From Synergistales bacterium (GTDB taxonomy: Bacteria; Synergistota; Synergistia; Synergistales; JAFGMB01), in contig OY762654.1 in the NCBI GenBank assembly GCA_963666205.1, positions 1,600,001 through 1,664,000 on the forward strand: DNA of 64,000 nucleotides, in the 5' to 3' direction. A model generated the notes under the pieces. It saw only the letters and a program-made list of their open reading frames with translations, had not been told where the DNA came from and searched no databases. The translations under genes and the position numbers were made by a program. Positions 56,805 through 64,000 of the stretch are shown piece after piece. Position 1 is the first letter of the stretch. Each line of letters begins with the position of its first letter.

Positions 56805-57163
56805 TTTGTTTCACCTCGCGGAGATTGTAATTCAGACCCACCCATCTGTTTCTTATATTCCCTTGATGCTTTTTCCTGCTTGAGGGTCTGGTATAGGTCC
56901 TTCCATAGACCAATTCCTCCATTTTCCTGAGAAGCCAGACTTTCTCCGGTCATTTCAATTGTGAGTTCACGGAGGGATTCAAAGGGTTTGTTTCCTTTTC
57001 GTTCACCTTTAGCAGAGTTGGAACTCAGGGATTCCTTAAGCATGCTGGCAATGAAGATTCCCTCGAACTGTTTGCAGGCTCTCTTTAATTTCTGATCGTC
57101 CTTTTCCTGCAGGTGTTTCTGCTGTTGAAGTCCCTGGACCTGATCTGAGTTACCTACCTTCAT
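56801..57163 (-). CDS. flgJ: FlgJ rod-binding domain protein (no muramidase domain)
   Basis: KL..AC.QFE.IF...MLK...GGIGL..LYQ.L. Confidence 0.8.
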   Translation of the reverse strand: MKVGNSDQVQGLQQQKHLQEKDDQKLKRACKQFEGIFIASMLKESLSSNSAKGERKGNKPFESLRELTIEMTGESLASQENGGIGLWKDLYQTLKQEKASREYKKQMGGSELQSPRGETK

Positions 57164-57175
57164 AATTTATTCCTC

Positions 57176-58321
57176 CTAAAGGATGACCAGTTCGCCTTGA
57201 AGGGCTCCTGCCCTGTCGATGGCCTGAAGGATGGTTATTATATCCCGCGGAGTTGCTCCAAGGGCATTAAGACTTTTTACAACGTCTTCCACCGTAGCCG
57301 ATGCTTCCAGGTGGGCCAGGCTCCCTCTCTCTTCCTCCGCTGTGATCAGGGATTGCTCAAGTATCACCGTCTCGCCTTCGGAGAAAGGCTGGGGCTGACT
57401 AACCCCTTTCTGCGTCGCAATGGTAACGGTGAGATTCCCGTGTGCCACGGCCACTTCGCTGATCTTCACGTTGCCCCCCATGGCTACCGTTCCGGTCCTC
57501 TCGTTTATGACCACCCTGGCTATAGTATCGGGTGTTATCTTCAATATCTCCAGTTCTGCTATGAAATGGGGAGTCCTTCCCTTGAAAGTCTGGGGTATTT
57601 TTATCTCCACACATCCGGCATCAGAGGCATAGGCTACTGAACCGAACCGGGCATTGAGGACCCTCGCAACCCTGTCAGCGGTTGTGAAGTCAGGTTCTCT
57701 CAGAAGGAACCGTATGGTCTCCCCGTTACCGGAGTTCCAGGAGGTCTCCCTTTCTACCAAGGCTCCTCCGGGGATCCTCCCCGTGGTGGAGATATTCTTC
57801 GAAAGGCTTGAGCCTGATGCACTGGCGGAGAATCCGCCGATGAATATGGGACCCTGGGCTACGGCATAAATATTTCCGTTAGCAGCCTTAAGGGGGGTCT
57901 GAAGCAATATTCCGCCTTCGAGGCTCTTGGCATCGCCCACAGCACTTACTGTAACATCGATCTTTTCCCCGTTCCTTGCAAAGGGGGGCAGTTCACAGGT
58001 TACTGTTACAACGGCAGCATTCTTGCTCTTAAGATCATTTCTGTTTATTGATATCCCGAAATTCTGCGTTAGGTTGCCCAGCATGGCTATAACCAGGTCC
58101 CCCTTGTCGCCCGTTCCCTGAAGACCCATAACGAGGCCCATACCCGCAAGCTGGTTAGACCTGACTCCTTCCATCCTTCCCAGGTCTTTAAGACGAACCT
58201 CGGGATGGATCTGAGCGGCAGGGATCGCAGGAGAGGCGAGGATGAGTAAAACCAGGCTCCATAGCAGGATGTTTTTCAGTTTAAGACCAGATTTCTTAAG
58301 AAGAGGGCTGTAATGGTCCAT
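57176..58321 (-). CDS. flgI: Flagellar P-ring protein FlgI
   Basis: RLKDL..EGVRSNQL.G.GLV.GL.GTGD, DAKSLEGG.LL.TPL, VINERTGT, AGALQGEL. Confidence 0.95.
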   Translation of the reverse strand: MDHYSPLLKKSGLKLKNILLWSLVLLILASPAIPAAQIHPEVRLKDLGRMEGVRSNQLAGMGLVMGLQGTGDKGDLVIAMLGNLTQNFGISINRNDLKSKNAAVVTVTCELPPFARNGEKIDVTVSAVGDAKSLEGGILLQTPLKAANGNIYAVAQGPIFIGGFSASASGSSLSKNISTTGRIPGGALVERETSWNSGNGETIRFLLREPDFTTADRVARVLNARFGSVAYASDAGCVEIKIPQTFKGRTPHFIAELEILKITPDTIARVVINERTGTVAMGGNVKISEVAVAHGNLTVTIATQKGVSQPQPFSEGETVILEQSLITAEEERGSLAHLEASATVEDVVKSLNALGATPRDIITILQAIDRAGALQGELVIL

Positions 58322-58332
58322 TCTATATCACC

Positions 58333-58944
58333 TCAAAATATGGCGTTGAATAGCCGGGTAAGGAGGCCGGGATTCTGGATATCGCTTATGGTGCCTATTC
58401 CCTCAACGCTGACGGTAACGTTGGCAAGTTTGTCGCTATGTATGATGTTGTCCGGTCCCACATCGAGGGGCCTCAGGATCCCTTCTATCTGGAGGGTCAT
58501 GTTTTCTTTATGGGTCTGAATATTTTTGCCCCCCCCTACCCGCAGGGTGCCTCCCGGAAGGATTTCCGTGACCATACAGGTCACAGTTGTGGAGAGGTTG
58601 TGGGTTCTTTCCGTGGATCCGTCCCCTTCCATGGTGCTTTCCGTGGAAAATCCCAGCTTCCTTATGAAATTCAGGATACCTGTACCATCTGAGGCTGTAC
58701 TGGAATTTTCCTTTGATATGTCAGTGTTGGCTTCGTCTTTTGCCTTTGTTTTTTCTTCTACCAGAACAGTTACGATGTCCCCGACCCGTGAAGGCCGATG
58801 ATCCTCCACCAGGGACGGACCGTCCATCCACAGTGACTGGCCCGGAGATGTTCCTGCGAACAGGGATAGAATAATTGGCACTATGAAGCAGATCTTAATG
58901 GATCTCAAGAAGATCACTTCCTTCCGGGGATCAGATCCCCTCAT
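58333..58944 (-). CDS. flgH: Flagellar L-ring protein FlgH
   Basis: SLW.D....D.R..RVGDIVTV.V.E, GILRP.DV..DN.I.S..LAN, PGLLTRLF..IF. Confidence 0.92.
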   Translation of the reverse strand: MRGSDPRKEVIFLRSIKICFIVPIILSLFAGTSPGQSLWMDGPSLVEDHRPSRVGDIVTVLVEEKTKAKDEANTDISKENSSTASDGTGILNFIRKLGFSTESTMEGDGSTERTHNLSTTVTCMVTEILPGGTLRVGGGKNIQTHKENMTLQIEGILRPLDVGPDNIIHSDKLANVTVSVEGIGTISDIQNPGLLTRLFNAIF

Positions 58945-59635
58945 TTACTAGAACCATGCCTGGACTTACGACCATGGCATGAATGTCCTTACGGTATTTC
59001 CCTATCCTTACTCTTATGGTAGATCCCCTGGAACCTGATTCAAGGGCAAGTCCAGGGAGTTTCACCTCTACGCCTCCGGATCTCGATATCACGGTTAGCC
59101 GGGCTCCCCGCTCTACCATCATTATCCTTTCCACGTCCCCTTCGGAAATAAAATCCCCCGATGCTATCCTCCGTTTGGCCCTTTTCCCGATCAGGAGTGT
59201 CATGTCTGAAAAGATATCACCATAAGTCCGTTTATAGTGGGCCTCCCGAAGATTCATGTCTTCTCCTGAAAGGATCTGTCCCCGCTCTATATTCCTGGTG
59301 GCATAAACCATAATGGCATTCCATTCCAGCCTGTAAACGCCGCAGAACTCTCTTGTGCCTGATCGCAGTCTCAAGGTCAGTGACGGAATTCCCGGGTATA
59401 TCCTCCGGGGATTAGTCACCTCTCCGGTCATGCCGAAATGATGTGGTTCCATGGTTATGCCGGTCCATTTTATTCTGCTTCTATTTTCCCGGAGAAGGTC
59501 CAGTAAAACCTCAGTTCCGTCTGTGTGATCCAGCTGAAGTCCTTCTATGGATATTGGGGCTGCTGCGAGGGCCGGAACAACAACCAGCAACAACAGCATA
59601 AAAAACAATACAACTTTACAGAAAGCTTTAATCAT
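58931..59635 (-). CDS. flgA: Flagellar P-ring formation chaperone FlgA
   Basis: Signal peptide, SAF domain (ATRNI.RGQIL...D), VERG..L...G.ALESG..G..IRVR. ATG 59635 follows GGAGG. Confidence 0.88.
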   Translation of the reverse strand: MIKAFCKVVLFFMLLLLVVVPALAAAPISIEGLQLDHTDGTEVLLDLLRENRSRIKWTGITMEPHHFGMTGEVTNPRRIYPGIPSLTLRLRSGTREFCGVYRLEWNAIMVYATRNIERGQILSGEDMNLREAHYKRTYGDIFSDMTLLIGKRAKRRIASGDFISEGDVERIMMVERGARLTVISRSGGVEVKLPGLALESGSRGSTIRVRIGKYRKDIHAMVVSPGMVLVNEGI

Positions 59636-59814
59636 AAATAATTTCCTCCAGTTATAAATAATAACATTATAAACAACGTTTTTCCATATAACCTTAATTA
59701 ACAATGCATGACCTTTTCATTGTTTTTTACACAGGGAACTGTTGCTGAATGCTTGTATTCCCGATAACAGAACTAGATCTCCCGGATAATCCGGGTCGAG
59801 ATGGAGGTATGAAA

Positions 59815-62292
59815 ATGTCAAACACATTTTCGGGTCTTGAGATAGGCAGACGAGCGATGAATTATTTTAGACAGGGCATAGAGACTGCTGGTCATAACAT
59901 AAGCAATGCGGATGTTGAGGGTTATTCGCGACAGACTGTAGAGGCTTCTCCTTCAACACCTTTCACTGCTCCGGGTCTCAATAGCGGGGGGCAGCCCGGG
60001 CAGATAGGAACAGGAGTGGATATCGACGCCATTTCAAGGATCAGGGATTCATTCCTGAATTCCCAGTACTGTCAGGAATCCATTGAGGGAGGTTTCTGGG
60101 AGGCTGCCAGCAGAACCATGGAATATCTGGAGATGTTCATTGGAGAACCCTCGGATAGCGGTATTTCGGCGGTTATGGAGAATGTAAACCAGGTTCTGCA
60201 GGAGCTTCAGAAAACGCCTGATTCCAGCATTACCAGGGAGTCTTTCATAAGCGAAGTTGACAATCTCTGCAGTCTTATAAATCACACCTACAGGAACATG
60301 TCAGAATATCGTGTTTCCCTCAATCAGGAGGTGGAGGTAAAGGTTCAGGAGGCAAATGTTCTTATTGAAAGAATCGCATCACTCAATGGCCAGATAGAAA
60401 CGGTAATGGGCATTGGGAATAACCCCAATGATATTATGGATCAGAGAGACAAACTGGTGGAAGAACTTTCCGGACTTATCGATATCTCCGCCTACTCCAG
60501 CGGCGATAAGGGTGCTGTGAACGTAAGTCTGGCTGGAAGGTTGCTTGTACAGCAGAGCCAGAGCCGCCATCTTCTGCTTGTTCCACAGGAAGGAAACTCA
60601 GGATTTTACGATGTGCAGGTGGAGGACAACGAATTCGATTCTTCATCTCATCCCGAAACAGCCTCAGCAGCCATAGGAAGGGAAGCAGTGGAGGGCATTT
60701 ATAACATTGAGATAAGCAGGCCTGCAACAGAATCCTTGTGGGCCATAGGTAAGGGTTATGACACCGGTATTGCTGATTCAGCGGACACAGCCCTTGGTAT
60801 AGAAGGTTCCTTTTCGCTCCAGGTGGGAGTTGATGGTTTCAGGGGAGTATCTTCAAGCATTTCGGGGGGAGTTCTTCTGGAAGCTCCTTCGGGAAATTCA
60901 CCGCTTAACTACTCCTTCCGGATCGCTGCAGGTTCAGAGGAGCAGATAGCGACTATAAACTGGGACGATTCTACAGTCCCTGGACATTGGACCATTGACG
61001 GGACTGACGTGGGGAGTGAACTCGATCTCACAGAACTGAGAGATTCCATAAATAGCCTTTCCATGAACATTAATGTTTCTCTGAATGCTTCGGGAGATAA
61101 GATATTCTTTTCTGAAAATAATGGTTTCATGGTTTCCCTGACGGACCTGGAGGGGGACCTGGTTTCCGGTATGGGTTTCGAAAAAACCTCTCCCAGCGTG
61201 GACATTTCCATATCCGGTACAGATTCTCTTCAGACCGTAGCCAACAAGATCAATAGCTTATATGATATTACTTCTGGCGGAGGCCCGGATTCCCCCCATG
61301 AATGGTTGCATGCCAGCGTTGAGGAGGCAGGGGACGGTTCTTTCTTTCTCATGCTCGAGAGTAATTCCGTAGGGGAGAGTTACAGGATAAATGTTGGTTC
61401 TGCCGGCGGAGGAAGCCTTGAGATAGCCAGACTTCTCGGTCTGGTTGATGGAAATGGTGCAACAAAGATCATCAGGAATTCAAATGATGCCCTTCTGAAA
61501 GTGAACGGCATGGAGTACCTTTCCTCAGTTAACTCCTTCTCGGAGGCACGCCTCATAACCTCTTTCAATTCATACAGGGCAGATACCCTCCAGACTGTCA
61601 TACAGGGTGTGAAACTGGACATAAAGGAAAGTTCGACAGGATCTTCCACTGATATAAGGGTGGAGCGGCATGTGAATGGCGGTTTCATAGAGGGCCTGCT
61701 TCAGTCCAGGGATGATCTGGTAACGGGAGCAATGGATTTTCTCAACAGTTTAGCCATGTCCCTTTCAGATCAGTTCAATGCTGTTCATTATTCAGGACAT
61801 GGATCCGGAAATCAGAGTCAGACAACGGGAATATCACTTTTTGAGCCTCTTTCATCTAAAAATAATTCCGCCCTGTTCCTGGCAGTAAATCCCGAGCTTC
61901 TTGCCGATTCCAGACTCCTTGCCGTTACGGGAGACGACGGTCTGGGCTCAAGCCTGGGCAGCGGTGACGGATCAAGAGCCCTTCAGATGATCGGTTTCTT
62001 TTCGAACCCTGTTTTTGACGGAGGTGCATCAACTCTGGATGAATATTACATCTCCTTTGTTGCATCCCTGGGATCCCAGAGTCGGCAGGCCAGTATCATG
62101 TACGATAACCAGCAGACCCTTATGGATCAGATATCCAACCAGAGGCAGTCTATATCGGGAGTAAATATTGACGAAGAGATGATGGATATGGTCCAGTACC
62201 AGCAGTCATATCAGGCAATTGCCCGGTACATCACGGTTCTGGACGAGATGCTGGACATGGTTATTAATGGGATGGGGTTAGTGGGAAGATAA
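59815..62292 (+). CDS. flgK: Flagellar hook-associated protein FlgK (long, with insertion)
   Basis: TFSGLEIG..A....GHNISNA..EGYSRQ, GQIGTGV..I.RIRD, PNDIMDQRD, RQSISGVNIDEEM...YQQSY.A.AR. Confidence 0.95.
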   Translation: MSNTFSGLEIGRRAMNYFRQGIETAGHNISNADVEGYSRQTVEASPSTPFTAPGLNSGGQPGQIGTGVDIDAISRIRDSFLNSQYCQESIEGGFWEAASRTMEYLEMFIGEPSDSGISAVMENVNQVLQELQKTPDSSITRESFISEVDNLCSLINHTYRNMSEYRVSLNQEVEVKVQEANVLIERIASLNGQIETVMGIGNNPNDIMDQRDKLVEELSGLIDISAYSSGDKGAVNVSLAGRLLVQQSQSRHLLLVPQEGNSGFYDVQVEDNEFDSSSHPETASAAIGREAVEGIYNIEISRPATESLWAIGKGYDTGIADSADTALGIEGSFSLQVGVDGFRGVSSSISGGVLLEAPSGNSPLNYSFRIAAGSEEQIATINWDDSTVPGHWTIDGTDVGSELDLTELRDSINSLSMNINVSLNASGDKIFFSENNGFMVSLTDLEGDLVSGMGFEKTSPSVDISISGTDSLQTVANKINSLYDITSGGGPDSPHEWLHASVEEAGDGSFFLMLESNSVGESYRINVGSAGGGSLEIARLLGLVDGNGATKIIRNSNDALLKVNGMEYLSSVNSFSEARLITSFNSYRADTLQTVIQGVKLDIKESSTGSSTDIRVERHVNGGFIEGLLQSRDDLVTGAMDFLNSLAMSLSDQFNAVHYSGHGSGNQSQTTGISLFEPLSSKNNSALFLAVNPELLADSRLLAVTGDDGLGSSLGSGDGSRALQMIGFFSNPVFDGGASTLDEYYISFVASLGSQSRQASIMYDNQQTLMDQISNQRQSISGVNIDEEMMDMVQYQQSYQAIARYITVLDEMLDMVINGMGLVGR

Positions 62293-62310
62293 AAGATGGA
62301 TAAAAAAATA

Positions 62311-62345
62311 AAACGGGAGGGCTAATGATGAGCCCTCCGTTTTTC
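62311..62345. terminator. Bidirectional terminator between flgK and fliS
   Basis: AAACGGGAGGGCT-loop-AGCCCTCCGTTTTT. Confidence 0.75.
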
Positions 62346-62808
62346 AGCAGGATATGTTCAGGCCGCCCCCCACAAGTTCAGGTGTGGCAAATCTCTCCTC
62401 TTCCTCTGTAGAGAGAGTGCCCTCTTTCAGGAGCCCATCCAGGGCCTTTTGCCAGCTTTCAAAAAGTTCTCCAAGCATAAACATTACCTTTTCTATTTTC
62501 CCCGTATCTTTTTTGAGGTTTGCAATTACAAGCTCGTTATGCATGAAGTCATAGAGTTGGTTAAGTCCATGGGACAGTTCTTCCGCCTTCTCAGGCCTGA
62601 GTGCGAACTGAAGTTCCCTGATGGCTCTCTGGGCTGTCTGAAGCTCTGCATTGGCTCTCTCAGCATTACTCTCCTCTATGGCCGCTATGGCTTTGTTACA
62701 GGCACCGATGGCGATCTCGTAGGTTAAGAGAAGGAGTTTTTCCCTGGGAGCGGAGAGAATCTCCTGGTGAAGATATCTGAGGCGAACGTTAGTGTCTTTT
62801 CCTTTCAA
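62344..62808 (-). CDS. fliS: Flagellin chaperone FliS
   Basis: Y..Q.I.SAP.EKLLL..YE.AI, AQ..I.EL..AL, L..LYDFM...L..AN, L.ESW. Confidence 0.92.
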   Translation of the reverse strand: MKGKDTNVRLRYLHQEILSAPREKLLLLTYEIAIGACNKAIAAIEESNAERANAELQTAQRAIRELQFALRPEKAEELSHGLNQLYDFMHNELVIANLKKDTGKIEKVMFMLGELFESWQKALDGLLKEGTLSTEEEERFATPELVGGGLNISC

Positions 62809-62831
62809 TTTGTCCTCTCCTTTCCAAAATA

Positions 62832-63998
62832 TCAGGCGATCCAGTGCAGTATACCCTTTTCAAGATCTATCCTGGCAAGGATGGGTCCATCCTCTTCAGG
62901 TTGAGGATTTTCGCAGTTCCATATTTTATGTCCAGAAAAGGTATTTCTTTCTTTTCCAGAATTACTTTCTCTTCCGTCATTTCCCACGTCCACGGAGAGA
63001 TCCCCAAGGGTTAAACCCTGCCTTTTCATGGCTTCCCGGAGAATGTCCTCCGAACCCTTTATAATATCTCCTGCCTCTGGTCTTTCCACGGTGAGATGGA
63101 CCTGAACTTTATCATCCGAGGTGTTAATGATTATCCTGACCTTTCCCAGTTCGGGTGGTTCCACCTGAAGGATGCCCTTTCTTTCTCCCTTTTCATTTTT
63201 CAGAAAGGATACCATGTGAGCCAGTCCTGCGCTTATTGCCCTTTCGCCTGATGTCTCCAGGGTTATGCTCTTATGTTCCCCCGCGGCTGAAACAATTGTT
63301 TTCCGGAGGTGGATTGTTTCGGGCAAATTTTCGAATATGGAGGAAAAGTCTCTTTCGGCTTTTTCCCCTGTTTCCCCTTTCTGAAAGGGTGCCTTTTCAG
63401 AAAGATGTTCATTTTTCAGAAAGATCTGCTTTTTAATGAACTTTTCGTTCACTTTATTAAGGAGTCCCTTATCAGGAAAAACCGTCTCTTCAGCCTTCTT
63501 ATCAACTGTGGATATTTCCATATTTCCTTCTTTCTGTTTTTTACCGGACTTTCCCCTAATTTCCCGGTGGCCACCTGATAGAAGGGAATCTTCTATGTTC
63601 ATCTTTACCGCTGATAGGATCTCTCCTGACAGCGCAGATTCCTCATTCCCGGGAGCGTTGTTTCCAGGGGGATTTTCCAGGGGCTGTCGGAGTATGTCCT
63701 TCTGGAGAGGGGCACAGTATTGAGAAAGAGCTATCTCTTCAGGGATGAAGTCTCTCTGTTTCTCGGGTTCAATCATTGTGTCTGCCTGATCAGGAACGAC
63801 AGGACTTTTCGTGTTGTGGGGGGTGGGCATCCCACGGTTTTCATCAAGGACAGCCAAGGTCTTCTCCAATCCCATCATTTCCGCTGATGAAAAAGCTTCC
63901 CTGTATCCTTCGGATTTCACAGTTTTGTAGACTGATCCTGTCAAGGCCTTCCCCCGATATCCTTGTTCAAACCATGGCTGGGTTTTCGTCTCAGGGCA
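62832..63998 (-). CDS. fliK: Flagellar hook-length control protein FliK (5' end may lie beyond the window)
   Basis: C-terminal L.VEPPELG.V.I...L.EAM..QGL.LG..SV domain. The frame stays open upstream of TTG 63944 to the window edge. Confidence 0.82.
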   Translation of the reverse strand, partial: CPETKTQPWFEQGYRGKALTGSVYKTVKSEGYREAFSSAEMMGLEKTLAVLDENRGMPTPHNTKSPVVPDQADTMIEPEKQRDFIPEEIALSQYCAPLQKDILRQPLENPPGNNAPGNEESALSGEILSAVKMNIEDSLLSGGHREIRGKSGKKQKEGNMEISTVDKKAEETVFPDKGLLNKVNEKFIKKQIFLKNEHLSEKAPFQKGETGEKAERDFSSIFENLPETIHLRKTIVSAAGEHKSITLETSGERAISAGLAHMVSFLKNEKGERKGILQVEPPELGKVRIIINTSDDKVQVHLTVERPEAGDIIKGSEDILREAMKRQGLTLGDLSVDVGNDGRESNSGKERNTFSGHKIWNCENPQPEEDGPILARIDLEKGILHWIA

Positions 63999-64000
63999 AA

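Noticed and set aside
56125-56883. 252-aa plus-strand ORF
   Set aside because: Antisense shadow of flgN/flgJ with Ser/Leu-rich, non-protein-like composition.
59741-59767. Sigma28 promoter for flgK
   Set aside because: CCCGATAA -10 is present but no TAAA-like -35 at the right spacing; too weak to list.
1-64000. CRISPR array, tRNA or rRNA genes
   Set aside because: No regularly spaced repeats or cloverleaf/rRNA signatures found by eye.

Overview
Bacterial chromosomal window spanning the replication origin. The gene content (amino-acid fermentation enzymes, L/P-ring flagellum together with FliW-CsrA, YjbH/SLBB outer-membrane export) suggests an anaerobic diderm, probably Synergistota; this is inference. 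From left to right: three tandem ketopantoate-reductase-like genes, an AlbA_2/Schlafen-HATPase-wHTH protein, a ferredoxin preceded by an origin-distal DnaA-box cluster, an HD-GYP phosphodiesterase, a PPIase and an aldo/keto reductase. Next is a surface polysaccharide locus (yjbH; SLBB exporter, wzz, initiating transferase, wzy, GT; converging rfbFGH-epimerase-unknown-wzx). It is followed by a ProRS paralog lacking its aminoacylation motifs but keeping the editing and anticodon-binding domains. Then come dnaA-dnaN-recF-hydratase-mnmG-dciA with a bipartite oriC (DnaA boxes and DnaA-trios), a DHH phosphoesterase, two AEC transporters and two PLP enzymes. A decayed signalling region follows (GGDEF remnant, RAYT-type transposase, cheW-like pseudogene), then a scrambled flagellar cluster. 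Inside that cluster is a ~6 kb block of unknown genes with a c-di-GMP-I riboswitch, sigma28-type promoters, an XRE regulator, a MerR-like HTH protein and a divergent RpoD-like sigma factor. That block and the pseudo-ProRS are the best candidates for undescribed systems. No rRNA, tRNA or CRISPR array was seen.
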